64,000 nucleotides of DNA, taken from positions 66,030,770 through 66,094,769 of the forward strand of contig NC_057718.1 in assembly GCF_004010195.1 (NCBI RefSeq), in the 5' to 3' direction. This DNA comes from Chiloscyllium plagiosum (lineage: Eukaryota). Under the pieces are notes generated by a model. It saw nothing but the letters and a program-made list of their open reading frames with translations, searched no databases and was not told where the DNA came from. The position numbers and the translations under genes are program-made. This document shows positions 11,182-23,266 of the stretch, one piece after another. Position 1 is the stretch's first letter. Every line of letters starts with the position of its first letter.

Positions 11182-11375
11182 ATCACCTCGAAAGAAAAGG
11201 TCCAGATCCCGCTCAGGGTCTCGCAAGCGCAAACATCGGAAACGCTCTCGCTCAAGATCAAAAGAAAGAAAAAGGAAGTCGTCTCGATCCTATTCCAGTG
11301 AAAGACGAGCAAGGGAGCGTGAAAAGGAACGCCAGAAAAAGGGTCTACCACCTATCCGTTCGAAAACACTTAGTG
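11182..11375 (+). CDS. SCAF8: SCAF8 coding exon (RS domain)
   Basis: tttttgattAG|a...agtg|GTatgt; 194 nt; SPRKKRSRSRSGSRKRKHRKRSRSRSKERKRKSSRSYSSERRAREREKERQKKGLPPIRSKTLS, nearly identical to recalled human SCAF8; follows a 133-nt intron. Confidence 0.97.
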
Positions 11376-12797
11376 GTATGTAATTTTAAAATGGATTAAT
11401 TTCCTTCTGTATTTGAATGTAATTGACTGTAGCAAAGTTTTCTTTTGTTTTTATTCAGCATCTTCAGGACCGAAGATGGTTATAATGCAACAGGCTGTAC
11501 ATGTAACAGAGTATTTTGGACAGAGCTGAGAGATTGTGAAACTTGCTATGTTTCTTAACTATGTTCATAATATCCCAACTCCATAACAGAATGAATAGCA
11601 ACAGTTTACATGTTACAGCAGACAATTAGTTGTGTCAACTAACATTGCTAGTTATCCATGATAAAAGTCCTGCACCTTATCATGAAATTCTTTATGGCAG
11701 ACATAAAATGAGCAGGATTGCAAAGCTGTAAAGATAATTGTTTCTGTATTGCAGTTTTTTTGAAATTGTACTGTAAATAACAGATCAATAATTAAGGTGT
11801 CCTGAAACACAATGTTAAACCATAATATGAGAAGAATTGTGAGGGTTCAAATTGAAAGTTTTTCATGGTGTTAGCTTGCCACCAAGAAGACAATAATTTA
11901 AATGTTTTCTTAATCTTGTGTGGCACTTGTATATCAATGTTATTCAATATTTTATATAATAGACCCATGGATTATCAGGTATCCAAATATGCCTAATTGC
12001 ATTTTTAATTAGTGTATGAGAAATGAATAATGGATATTGACATTGGGCACTCACAAATTATATGGCTAATGGTGAGATGAAACTAGTTTTGATCATTAAA
12101 ACTTTACTTCCTTGATAACTTGATGCAAAGTAAATATATATTAATCATTTTCCTGCACCGAGTGTTTGTAGGGTAATTTTCTGCAATAACTCGTGTTTAA
12201 AATAACCTTTGCCATGATACTGACTATCCCGCAATTTATACAAGACAACACTTAATACATTTTAGTGGGTAAACTGAAGAAATATCAGTGACTTATAACA
12301 AGGAATAATGTGTGTTATTTGACATAAATTTGACAAACTCCTTACATCTATTTTTTATACTTTTAAGTGTTTTTTCTACAATGCCAGTTACAGTTTATCA
12401 CTTCCAGAAAACAGGTTTAAAACCTAAAAGGAATTGTTCTAGTTCAAGTTTTATTTTTACCAATACTTGCTATTCTGGCTGTCCAGCTGTCAACAATATC
12501 CTGAAATAGAATCTATTTGTCAAGGAAAGATCAAAATTTATGTAGCACATTTACAACAGGCAGCATTTTGGAAAGTGTTTTACAGCTGAATTCTTTTAGT
12601 ATAGTCAATGTCGTGATGTAGGAAACTGTGTAATCATCTGCATCATCTAAGCTCACTCAAACAGCAAATACATAAATTGTGTGATGTTTATTAAGCAAAA
12701 ACAAATTGACCATATAGCAGAGATACTCCTCTGTTCTTTTTCAAAATAGTGCAATATGATCTTTTACACTCACCTAAAAGCTATTAGGGACCTTTCT

Positions 12798-13097
12798 TTA
12801 GATTAGATTCCCTACAGTGTGGAAACAGGCCCTTCGGCCCAACAATCCACACCGACCCGCCAAAGCGCAACCCACCCAGACCCATTTCCCCTCTGACTAA
12901 TATACCTAACACTATGGGCAATTTAGCACGGCCAATTCACCTAACCTGCACATTTTTGGAATGTGGGAGGAAACCGGAGCACCCGGAGGAAACCCACGCA
13001 GACACGGGGAGAATGTGCAAACTCCACACAGAGTTGCCTGAGGCAGGAATTGAACCCGGGTCTCTGGCGCTGTGAGGCAGCAGTGCTAACCACTGTG
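12798..13097 (-). mobile_element. HE1/V-SINE-like element, near full length
   Basis: tRNA-related head, V-domain ggaggaaacccacgcagacacggggagaatgtgcaaactccacaca, LINE-type tail tagattagattccctacagtgtggaaacaggccc. Confidence 0.9.
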
Positions 13098-13368
13098 CAC
13101 ATTGGTTAGCACTGCTGCCTCACAGCGCCAGAGACCCGGGTTCAATTCCTGCCTCAGGCAACGGACTGTGTGGAGTTTGCACGTTCTCCCCGTGTCTGCG
13201 TGGGTTTCCTCCCACAGTCCAAAGATGTGCAGGTCAGGTGAATTGGCCATGCTAAATTGCCCGTAATGTTAGGTGAGGGGGAAATGTAGGAGTATGGGTG
13301 GGTTGCGCTTCGGCGGGTTGGTGTGGACTTGTTGGGCCGAAGGGCCTGTTTCGACACTGTAATTAATC
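13098..13368 (+). mobile_element. HE1/V-SINE-like element, head-to-head with the previous copy
   Basis: tggttagcactgctgcctcacagcgccagagacccgggttcaattcc (A/B boxes), V-domain, tail gggccgaagggcctgtttcgacactgt. Confidence 0.9.
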
Positions 13369-13524
13369 TTTAATATCTCATCTGAAACGTAACACCTCTG
13401 ACAGTACTCATTACTGCAATGGTGTGTAACCTTGTTTCTCTGCTCAAGTCCTTAAGTGGGACTTGAATTCATAACCTTATGACATTGAAAGTGCTACCAA
13501 CTGAGCCATGCAGACATATAATTT

Positions 13525-13975
13525 TTTTAAAAAATTCATTTCTGGGAAGTAGACGTCACTGGCTAATACTGCATTGATTTCCCATCCTTATTTGCTCTAA
13601 CAAATTTGGTAATGAACTGCATTCTTGAACTGCTGCAGTCCTGAGCTTTGCTACAACTGTGAGGCTTGTTAGGCCATTTCAGAGGGCAGATAAGAGTCAC
13701 CACATTGCTCTGAGTTTGGAGTCCCATGTAGGCAAGAACAGTTCAGGGTTATAGATTTATTTTCCTATAAGATATTCATGAACTTTTTTTTAAAACAACA
13801 GTTCACAATGTTTACATGCTCACCATTAGAGTAACTTTAACTGTGACTTTGTCTTTTAAGTTCACGTTTTATCATTGGTCTTGTAACATTTGAGCCCGTG
13901 TCCCCAGCGTGCTAGCCTCCAACTCTGGATTAAAAATCCAGTGACATTGCTGTTGTCCCATGGCTTCTCCCTAAT
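13525..13975 (-). mobile_element. tRNA-derived SINE with LINE-like tail
   Basis: agagggcagataagagtcaccacattgc is the reverse complement of the core at 1920-1950; poly-T tail at ~13523. Confidence 0.6.
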
Positions 13976-14469
13976 GCTTTTTAAAGTCTTAATTCTTAAC
14001 CAAGATTTTGGTCACCTGCCCTGAGATTTTCTTGTGGCCCCTGTTAAATGTGTTACTGAATACAAGTTGTTGTATGTGTAATGATTTGGAGTTAGAGGGA
14101 CGATGGTATTTAGCATTGACACAAAATTATTGGGTTGACAAATGGCCCACATGATCCAAAAATAAATAACAATGGAATGGGCGAACTGAATGTTGGATGC
14201 ATTTCACAGTTGGGATTGAGTGCTACAAGTTCGGGTTAAGAACAAAGAATGGAAACATCCATTTATTGAGAGAGCTCTGCATCACAAGGCTAAGCAGCAT
14301 TATTCCCTGATAGTAAGAGACCAGGTAAATAAAGGAAAACATTGAAAACAGTGGTTAGGCCAAATTCAAGATATAATATGCAGTCTTGAGATTGCTCATT
14401 AAAGGAAGAACATTCACCATCATTAATCATAGATTTTCCAGGTGGATGCCCAGGGTTTCTTTTAGGTGT

Positions 14470-14830
14470 CAGTTGTGGTTTATTAATAGCACTGTTGTTT
14501 TTGAGTCTGAAGCTCTTAGAAGAGTCTTTCCAGTCTTGTACTAGGAGAGTGCATCGCGATTGGAGATGTCTCTTTCAGGCGCGACATTAAACTGAAGCCC
14601 CATCTGCTCACAAGGAAATTTAAAAGCACATCATGCTTTTGAGTTAACAATTCTTTTTCCTTTGGCCATTGCCATGTTTATCCCTCAGCATAATCACCAA
14701 CACACACGATGTGGTTGTTATCACTTTAGCTGCTAGATTTTCTGTGCTATAACAATGACTGTACTCTATAACACAAGTGCTCAAGTTGCCTTGCAACTTT
14801 GAAGGGCCATGAAAATAGTTGTTTTTCTAA
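14470..14830 (+). mobile_element. Deu-domain SINE, decayed
   Basis: ggagatgtctctttcaggcgcgacattaaactgaagccccatctgc...ttggcc...tttatccctca resembles the Deu domain. Confidence 0.6.
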
Positions 14831-14997
14831 TCTCATGTACTGGCACAGATTTTATTTTGCATTCCAGCTTGTGTAGAAAATTCATTCTCCTATTTTACAC
14901 ATTCCTATTATAATAAGTGAAAGCTATAGAGTTTTTAATGTACATTGTGATTTCTTTGTAAGTTCTTTTCTTTGTTTATTTCATACCTGCACTTCAG

Positions 14998-15098
14998 TAT
15001 GCAGTACTACACTGTGGGTTGGTCAGGTAGACAAAAAGGCAACACAACAAGATATAACCAATCTCTTTGAGGAGTTCGGCCAGATTGAATCAATAAAT
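14998..15098 (+). CDS. SCAF8: SCAF8 coding exon (RRM, N-terminal part)
   Basis: long pyrimidine tract, cacttcAG|ta...aat|GTaagt; 101 nt; (V)CSTTLWVGQVDKKATQQDITNLFEEFGQIESIN (RNP2 LWVGQV). Confidence 0.97.
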
Positions 15099-16822
15099 GT
15101 AAGTATTAATTTGTGGTACTGTTTGTGTAACATTTGACTTTTTAAGTACTTGATTTTTAAATAGTGTTTCGCGCTCTGAAGATAGATAAAGCAGCCGATA
15201 GGAAATTAATATTTGTACATTAGCCTGATTATATTTTCACTTGTTGATCAATTATAACTGACCAATTTAAGTAGAAGTGTAGAAACAACAGTCATAACAT
15301 TATAGTAATCAAGGAATGCTGAAATACCAGTGGTGCAACATTGATATTACGAGGCAATTTTAGAAATCAGACTTGAATATTTTCATTGACTCTTGATGCT
15401 TTGCAAGTAAAAATACCACTAAGTACTTTTCCAAATGTACATTCGAACCTGTTGCTTTTCACTGTATGGAATTTGAATGAGATATTTTTAAATAATAGGT
15501 ACATGTGTAAGAATGTTTAATGTCTTTAATTGATTTTGCATTTGGTGATTTTTGCGATCTGGTTCAAACCCTTTTAATATGATTAATGTTTCTGGAAATT
15601 TTCCCTTTTCAGCAAATTGTTTCTATAGATTCTGAAAAAATCAAAGATTTTACCACATTTGATCAAATTAAACTTCATTGATCTCTCTCTCTCTTGCTTG
15701 GCTGAACAATTTCAAACTAAGTTCAAGCTGATTTGAAAATAAATTGATAGTATTTTGGAGCTGGAATCCATAACGGCTGGTTAAAACAGAGAGTTAGTGG
15801 TAACTGAGCAACTTGATAAATGAAGAATAAAAGATGACAGAACCAAAATGTTATGTTTTTATAATGTTACATGTTATTTGTTTTTAGGGATATGTATATG
15901 AAATGTTAATTTTTTAAAAAAAAGTTGCCCCTTGATCTCTGCATTCTTAGTGTATTATATAAAGTAATGTATGTACTTGAGCTAAACCTTCAATTAAAAG
16001 AAATGGACAAACTATTCTAAGATGAAGGCATCTTGAGTCCAAAACATTTTTTTAAAAGGATACTGAATAAATAAGCATCAATCAAGGTAAAGTAAGAAAA
16101 TCCATTCCTTGAGCACCATTCAGAAATGTAGCCTCATTTTTGTTCTAAATAAACACAAAATGATACAGCACAGAGTAGTCGTTGGATCTTTAAAGGTCCT
16201 ATCCCAATTAATCTCATCCTGCTATATTTTCATGCAAATTATTCCATTTCAAGAATTGAAAGTTGTATATAAATCTGCTTTCACCATCTTTTCAGACAGT
16301 GCATCCCACATCATTGTAATTTTTCTTTAAAAATCCATATATTCCCTTTGGTTCTTGTGCTAATTACCTAAACTGAGTATTTTTACTGACCTACCACTGA
16401 AAACAGTTTGTCATTATTTAATCTGTCAAAACCCCTCTATAAAAATCTCCTGTTAGTTTTTTTTGTTCTAAGGACATCAACCCCAGTTCATCTAAATGCT
16501 CTATGTCACACCAGTACTGTATCTTTCCAGTAAATCTCTGTACCCACTCTAAAACCTGGATGCATTTTCTAAAATATGCTGCTGAGAAGTTTGACACGAT
16601 ACTCCAGCAAGATCTTGTATGTGCATTCTCGCTATCACTTTTAAATTGTGGACTTCAATATTGCCAATTGTTTTATTAAGTGGTGCTTTGTCTGACTACT
16701 TCAGGGACTACTTCATTAATCTAATCCCATTACTTCATAGTTAGTCTATTAATGTGAAGTATTATTGAATGCAGAAGGAAGGTTTTAAACGTTTGTTTCA
16801 GTTATTGTTATATCTTTTCTAG

Positions 16823-16936
16823 ATGATACCACCTCGAGGATGTGCATACGTTTGTATGGTTCATCGACAAGATGCTTTTCGTGCTCTTCAGAAACTAAGC
16901 ACTGGATCCTTTAAAATGGGGTCTAAAATTATTAAG
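16823..16936 (+). CDS. SCAF8: SCAF8 coding exon (RRM, RNP1)
   Basis: tcttttctAG|atg...aag|GTgagt; 114 nt; MIPPRGCAYVCMVHRQDAFRALQKLSTGSFKMGSKIIK. Confidence 0.97.
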
Positions 16937-17489
16937 GTGAGTTTAAATTCTGAACAAACAACTATTAAACAAGTCATTTTCAGAAATTGAAAATAATGCA
17001 AAACAATGTCTTTGGCTTGTATTTTTTTGAATAAACACAATATACTTGTATAAAAGAGTTATTAAAAATGATACCACTTTAGAATTTTTGTGCATTTTTG
17101 GTCTGGAATGTCTCTGTTCACAAGGAAGAGTGCAGAGCAGAGTTTCATTGACTCCTAATGCCGGTACAAGTGAAATACATGAACAGTGATTTGTCTGCCC
17201 ATCTCCAGATTTGTTCCATGTATTATTTCAGAAAAAAATTGTTTTTCTCTTAGATTTTGGATCAGTATTAGAGGAAGATTTTGTTTTGTTGAATGGCAGA
17301 ATGTATTTAGATACTAAATCCTCTGTTGGAATGTATTTCCAAGATGCATCGACCAAAGGAAATCCTTCTTCAACAGTAACTTGAGATCTTTATTTTGTTT
17401 CCTATTAGCAGGTTCCAAAGAGTAGCATATTTTTCATTAACATTTTTCTTGTCACTAAATACTGCTTTGTCCTGGAAGTGGGAAAGTGG

Positions 17490-17790
17490 GACATTTTTAA
17501 TCCATTCATGAGATATAAGCACCCTTGCCAAGGTCAGCACCCTTAAGAAGGTAGTGTTTACCCCTTCCCTTTGATGACTGCACTTAATCTGGTGTAGATG
17601 CACCCACAGTGTTATAGCGAGGGAATTCCAAGTTTTGACCCAGAAATAATGAAGGAATGGCTGTATTGTTCCAAGTCTGGCCAGTATATCCAATGGAAGG
17701 AAACTTGCAGGTGGAGGTCTTCCTATGAACTTACTGTTCTGCTTTTGGTAGTATTCTTTGGAAGTATAAGAAGCTTGGTGAATTTCTGGA
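17490..17790 (-). mobile_element. LINE 3' end (family of 53460-55990)
   Basis: ggtgtagatgcacccacagtgttatagcgagggaattcca and the tail match the reverse complement of 55860-55990. Confidence 0.55.
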
Positions 17791-17809
17791 ATGCAGGAAT
17801 TGTATAAGT

Positions 17810-19030
17810 GAGGTGATCTTATTAAAACATTCAAGACTCTGAGAAGGTTTGACGGAGTAGATGTTGAGAAGATTGTTACACAAATGGTGGTGGGTGAGTT
17901 GGGGGAGGATTAGTGTTGGAACTGCGAACTTGTGGGCATCATTACAGAACGAGGAGACCCATTTAAAATTGTAATGTGAAGAAATTTGTTCATACAGAGG
18001 TAGAATGTTTGGAATTCTCTACCCCAGAGAACTTTGGAGGCTAAATCATTGAAAGTATTTTAAAGAGTAAGTAGAGATTTGAAGTATCGGGGAGTTGAGA
18101 GGTATGATTAGCTTGCATGAAAGAGAAGTTTAGTCCTGAGCGAGAGCAACCATGATCTTATTGATTGGTGGGGTAAGCTTGAGAGGCCAAATGGCTGTTT
18201 CTTCTGTTCTAATGTAGATAAATTCATGAAGTGAGCAGGTAGGTGGCAATTCAAGTGTGAAGTGATATAATTTGCTTTGAATACCATGAAGAGACAATGT
18301 ACAATAAATAATGCAACTCTAAAGGGGGTGAGAAACAGAGCGACCTGTGTTTAATTTACTTACTGAAGCTGGCAAGACAAGTTGAGAAAACTGCTAATAA
18401 AGAACATAATATTCTGGTCTTTATTAATGGAGATCTAGAATACAAGAGCAAGATGGTAATGTTGAACTTAATGTTAGACATGAATTCAATGTCAGCTAGA
18501 GTATCATGTCCAGTTCTGTGTAGCACACTGTAGGCACCATGTGCAGACATTGGTAAGAATGTAGTATATATTTGAGATTAGTTCTAGAGATAAGAAATTC
18601 CAGTTAAGATAGGTTGGCAAAAGCTGAGGCTAAGAAGTGATTTCATTGGAGTATTCAAAATCATGAAAGATTTGGTTAGAGTATTTAAGAGAATAAATAT
18701 TCCCTATTCCTGAAAGGGTCAAGTACAAGATTTATTAGTAAAAGAAGCTTAAGTGATATGAAGGGAAACAAATTCATGCAGCAAATGGTTAGATTCTGGA
18801 CTGCACTGCTTGAGACTGTGGTGGAGATGGTTTTAATCATAAGATCATATGACCCTGCCCTTTTCCCCACTTCTCTTGATTCCCCTATTGATCAAGAGGC
18901 ATTCCAAAGGGAATTATGGCTAGTTGAACAGGAACAATGTGCAGGATTACATGGAGAAGGCAGGAGAATGAAATTATGTGAGATGCTTGTTCACAGACAT
19001 TTATTCAATGGCCTGTTGCACTGTAGCTAT
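17810..19030 (+). mobile_element. Two adjacent old CR1-like 3' fragments
   Basis: gaggtgatcttattaaaacattcaag (RGDLI..FKI), tggaattctctacccc (WNSLP); second fragment from ~18230 with CPVL/FWTAL remnants. Confidence 0.7.
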
Positions 19031-19435
19031 ACTGTGAAATCCACTACCTGCAAGCAACTCAGTTGTAAATGCCTGGAAAGCACATAGTATAACTGTACAG
19101 AAACATTTATTACTTGCATTGTTTCACGGTAGTCAATTGCTTAATCAATCCTTTTCCAAATTTAGTTGCTTTTAAAAAGTGCCTATTGGTATATTATAGG
19201 GAAAAAATGTCTGAATTGTAAGAATCTTATACATTTAAAAAATAAGCTGAGGTGGTGATTAGTTTGATTCATCTCATAGTGTTCAGCCATAGTACCTTAT
19301 TGATTTCAAAGCAGTGCTGTCAAGTATTTCCGATCATCAAACACCACAATTGGGACAACCCTTGAATTGCATTGCCTGACAAATTCTGAAAAGGGAATTA
19401 TAAATCAAGAGGTATTAATGGAGAAAAATATCTAT

Positions 19436-19797
19436 GCAAGGTTTGTGAAGGTTTGTAGCTCAGGTTGAGGTTTAGGGTGCAGGTTTGCTCGCTGACCAAC
19501 AGCAAACCTACAGCTCAGCGAGCAAACCTACACCCTAAAACTCAACCTGAGCTACAAACCTTGCAAAAACCTATGGCCGCAACACGCTACAACTTGCCCA
19601 AAGATGGGAAAGGAATGCCATCCGAGAGAGTTCCACCCACGAACAACTGTACTTCCTGCATGAATGTTTAAGAAAACAGGTACTGCCAAAATGTCTCCAA
19701 TATAAACCGCTGATAAAAACACCTCAAGCCAGAATAAAACAGCTGCAGAATGCTCCGAGAACTAATACCTACAGCTCAGTGAGCAAACCTACATCCT
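19436..19797 (+). mobile_element. Penelope-like element (family C): inverted plus tandem terminal repeats and ORF N-terminus
   Basis: Inverted repeat 19447-19500 vs 19513-19562; repeat again at 19768-19797; frame from 19572 YGRNTLQLAQRWERNAIRESSTHEQLYFLHECLRKQVLPKCL resembles the Penelope N-terminal FL..C....PK motif; TSD-like aaaa(t/c)atctat 19425-19435 / 19798-19808. Confidence 0.7.
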
Positions 19798-20023
19798 AAA
19801 ACATCTATATTTACTGTGATCATGCTCCAATATTTTATATACTACAGGAGTGGTTTGTGAAGTAGTAATAAATGCATGAATTTAGTATACGTAATTAAGG
19901 GAGGATAATAGTACCAAAAAATACTGATGGAATCTAGAGAGGAATCTAGATGAACTATGTGCTTTTAATACCTGGAATCCCTTGATATCCTTGTCTAATC
20001 TATCTTATCTTTTTTTCCCTTAG

Positions 20024-20180
20024 ATTGCTTGGGCTTTAAATAAAGGTGTGAAACCTGAATATAAGCAGTTTTGGGATGTGGACCTTGGCGTTACATATAT
20101 TCCATGGGAAAAATTGAAATTAGATGATTTGGAAGGCTTTTCTGAGGGAGGCATGATCGACCAGGAAACTGTTAATAGTG
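20024..20180 (+). CDS. SCAF8: SCAF8 coding exon (RRM end and conserved extension)
   Basis: tttttcccttAG|att...agtg|GTatgg; 157 nt; IAWALNKGVKPEYKQFWDVDLGVTYIPWEKLKLDDLEGFSEGGMIDQETVNS. Confidence 0.97.
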
Positions 20181-20929
20181 GTATGGGGCCATCATTATCC
20201 CTTAGTGGATTATCAAATATCTCTGATACATGTGATAATTTCCCTGCTTTTTTTTTAGTCTCAGGAATTGTCTATTCCTTGGGCTTTCAGTTTTATGTTG
20301 AGTCTTAAATTTGACCACTGTTAATGGTGCCCTTTTCTGTTTTGTCAAGCCTGTTTGCTTATATATATTGAGTTTATATATTGTTTCAATGACCAGCTGT
20401 AGCTCCAATATAAGTAACAGTTCTGCACATTGCAGTAGAACACCAACCTCCCAACTTTAGCGTTTTGGCCTGGCCTACTCCAAATTCAGACTGCTTTGGC
20501 TGGTTCACTTTTGCTACCTGCAATTTACAAAATGAAAGCCAGTTTGTGGCCATGACCAATACATCACCCAGTTTGTAAGATGTGTGCATACACCTATCCA
20601 CCTTTTTATTTTAAGACCTCATTCAACTATCTGTCCAAAGATTAGAACTAGATTTTTACTTAATACAGTTATGACAGACATATGATAACATATGAAGTTT
20701 AAGAGGGGTAGGGAAGATTCTTCGCTGTTAAATTTTGAAAAAAATAAAATAGCACTGAAACTTGTGTGTATCGCTCAGCATGTTATTAGGGAAGCATCCC
20801 AGGTCTTCTGTGGCTCCATTGTCAGAAATGGATTGCTAATGCAATCAAGTAATGCTAACATAAACTTGTTAGCAAGGTATGTTGATCCAGTTAAGGGGAC
20901 CCTGAGACTTTCACCATTGTACATGATAA

Positions 20930-21330
20930 AGACATGAATAGGTGCAAAAGTAGGCCATTTGGTCCTTCATGTTTGCTTTGCCATTCAGCAAGATGATGGC
21001 TTCAATCCACTTCCCTGTGCTGTCTTTTAGACCCCTTAATACTCAAAAGCTACTCTGTCTTGAATGTATTCAAAAACTGAATATTCAGTGTTCTGAGGTA
21101 GAGAATTCAGGATTCTCAACGTTGCAGTAAAGAAATTTATTTTCATTTCTGCTTTAAATGGCCAACTACATTCTGTCATCAGCAAACTTGGATGTACACT
21201 CAATAACGTCCACTTTACACTTAGTATCATTCACTAATTCATTAATACAGATTGTAAATAGCTATGGCCCAAGTCTGGATCCTTGCAGTTCATCCCAAGT
21301 TACAACTTGACAACTCAAAAGTTTTCGAAT
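20930..21330 (-). mobile_element. Old CR1-like 3' fragment
   Basis: aataggtgcaaaagtaggccatttgg tail; minus ORF FFTATLRILNSLPQ (FF.QRV...WNSLP). Confidence 0.65.
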
Positions 21331-21868
21331 ATGCCTGTAAGCATTAACCAATCCTCAATCATCATCTTTATGAATTACCTCCAATTTCATGGCTCCTCAT
21401 TTTGCATTCATCAGTTACTTTCTGAAAGTCGTCAAGTACACTGTCTTTATTGGTTCCCCTTTATCAATTCAATTATGTTCTCAAAAGCTTCTAGGTTTGT
21501 TAAACACCTTTCCTTTCCATAATTCAATGGTGACCCTGCTTAACCATAGCGCATTCTTAACAGTTAATTGTCCGTTGACTAACAAACTTTAATAATGCTT
21601 TGAAAACCCTGGAATTTATTGTAAAAGTATTTGGCGAATCTGTGATTGTAGCCTTTATTCATCAAATTCCATATAGTGCTTGCTTCTGTTAATACTTCCT
21701 GTTTTTAAGATTGCAAATAGTAAGTAGCAAGAAAAAATTGAAAACACAGGAAAGGTGGAAGTTGAGAAGAATATAGATTAATTATGAAATAAAAGTTGTG
21801 CACTATAAATTACAGTAAGATACTCCATAACCTCTTTTTAGTAGTAACGACCGAACACTATATTTCAG

Positions 21869-21993
21869 AGTGGGAGTCAAGGAACACTGAGCCTGTAAAA
21901 GAGAATGTGATCCAACCTGTAACTACTGAAAGCACTCAACCAACATCACAAGGAGAGACATTCACACAAGCTGTCACTATGCTACCTGTTCAG
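21869..21993 (+). CDS. SCAF8: SCAF8 coding exon
   Basis: tatttcAG|ag...cag|GTaaca; 125 nt; (E)WESRNTEPVKENVIQPVTTESTQPTSQGETFTQAVTMLPVQ; phases match neighbours. Confidence 0.9.
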
Positions 21994-22556
21994 GTAACAG
22001 CATTATTTAATCTTCAGCAAATATACTTATTGTTTTATTGTTTTTTGTAATACCTATTGTTTTAGTTGTACAAGCTATTTTGGTAGCTCAAGCAAATAGA
22101 GAATGTCAGTTTAAGCCAAGAACAAGAAAAGTCTTATTACTTGAATGATTCATTAAATTTAGAAACTGAATTCTACTTATTATTCTGTTAATGAAGGTGA
22201 TTATAAAGGGATTGCCTTGTTGGTAACATGTAACTTTATTTTTTACATAAAAGTTATCTTGGAATTGACATTGACAGATTTCCATGAGGTAAAATAAGTA
22301 ATAACCAGTCTGTCACTTCAAGTTTCCTCTTGTATTTTAGAGAAGCAAATTGCTGAAAATGGTACTCAAACCACATAGAGTGAGTAAACTTATTACAGTT
22401 TAAGAAAGAACAGTATCTGCGTCATATTTCTCATCCTAGATATTCCTCCAGTGAATTTCAAGGTTTCCAAACAATTGATCTTTGGCTTTGTTTGAGAGTC
22501 TGCTCCAAAGCATTTGTTTAATTCATTATAAGAGAAAATATAATTGTTTTTATATA

Positions 22557-22769
22557 GTTAAAAATCACACAATACCAGGTTATAATCCAACAGGTTTAAT
22601 TGGAAGCACACTAGCTTTCAGAGTGTAGCTCCTTCATCAGGTGATAGTGGATGAAGGAGCAATGCTCCGAAAGCTAGTGTGTTTCCAATTAAACCTGTTG
22701 GACTATAACCTGGTGTTGTGTGATTTTAAACTTTGTACACCCTAGTCCAACACCGGCATCTCCAAATCA
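22557..22769. mobile_element. Fold-back Penelope-derived mini-element (family B)
   Basis: ~80-bp inverted arms plus 3' tail; perfect 12-bp TSD TGTTTTTATATA (22545-22556, 22770-22781); minus-strand hammerhead CAC-CTGATGA-A-GGAGC-TAC-ACTCT-GAA-AGCT-A-GTG at 22609-22643. Confidence 0.85.
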
Positions 22770-23115
22770 TGTTTTTATATACTTTTCACAGTCTTGGCAA
22801 TCCTGTGTAGTTTGAGTGTTGTCACTATTGTAAAGGAGAAAGAGCAGCAATTTATTCTACCTAATAACATTGGTATACTCTTTGTGGTAGAGCTTATGTT
22901 TGCCACAGTAAAAGACATCATAACATCATATAAGATGAAGATTGTCCATTAAAGCTACAGCAGTGAGAGCACTTAAAGGCAATTATTAAAAAAAAAAGTT
23001 CCAGTGATTGTTAAGTGTGTGAATTTCCAATAATTTTTAGATGAGTCAGGCATATGTAAGAAACATAATTTCAGAACTTTCATTCTTTATGCAATTAATT
23101 ATCATTTGTTTTCAG

Positions 23116-23266
23116 ATCCCAGTGACTCCAACTGTTTCAGCGATTAGCATGGTGCAGCCACCAGCCTTTCCTGTATCAATGTCTATCCCTCCTCCAGGCT
23201 TCAACCCAGCCATTCCACCACCTCCATTTTTACGGCACAGTTTTAATCCTTCGCAACCACCACCAG
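23116..23266 (+). CDS. SCAF8: SCAF8 coding exon (Pro-rich)
   Basis: tgttttcAG|atc...ccag|GTacag; 151 nt; IPVTPTVSAISMVQPPAFPVSMSIPPPGFNPAIPPPPFLRHSFNPSQPPP. Confidence 0.95.

Larger units (their letters stand above)
12530..13512 (-). mobile_element. Deu-domain SINE (DeuSINE-like), split by the V-SINE pair
   Basis: Reverse complement of tttaatatctcatctgaaacgtaacacctctgacag and aatagtgcaatatgatcttttac matches the recalled Deu domain; tRNA-like head at ~13450-13510. Confidence 0.65.

Noticed and set aside
13098..13160. tRNA gene
   Set aside because: A/B boxes belong to a SINE head continuing into V-domain and LINE tail; no complete cloverleaf or terminator
17370..17834. 154-aa minus-strand ORF
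   Set aside because: Overlaps a decayed LINE 3' end (WVKTWNSL motif); not a gene
19436..19797. CRISPR-like repeat-spacer array
   Set aside because: Repeats are few, irregularly spaced, partly inverted, and are Penelope terminal repeats in a eukaryotic intron
15092..20044. AATAAA hexamers inside RRM exons (15092-15097, 20039-20044)
   Set aside because: Explained by conserved S-I-N and N-K codons in AT-rich DNA; no other support
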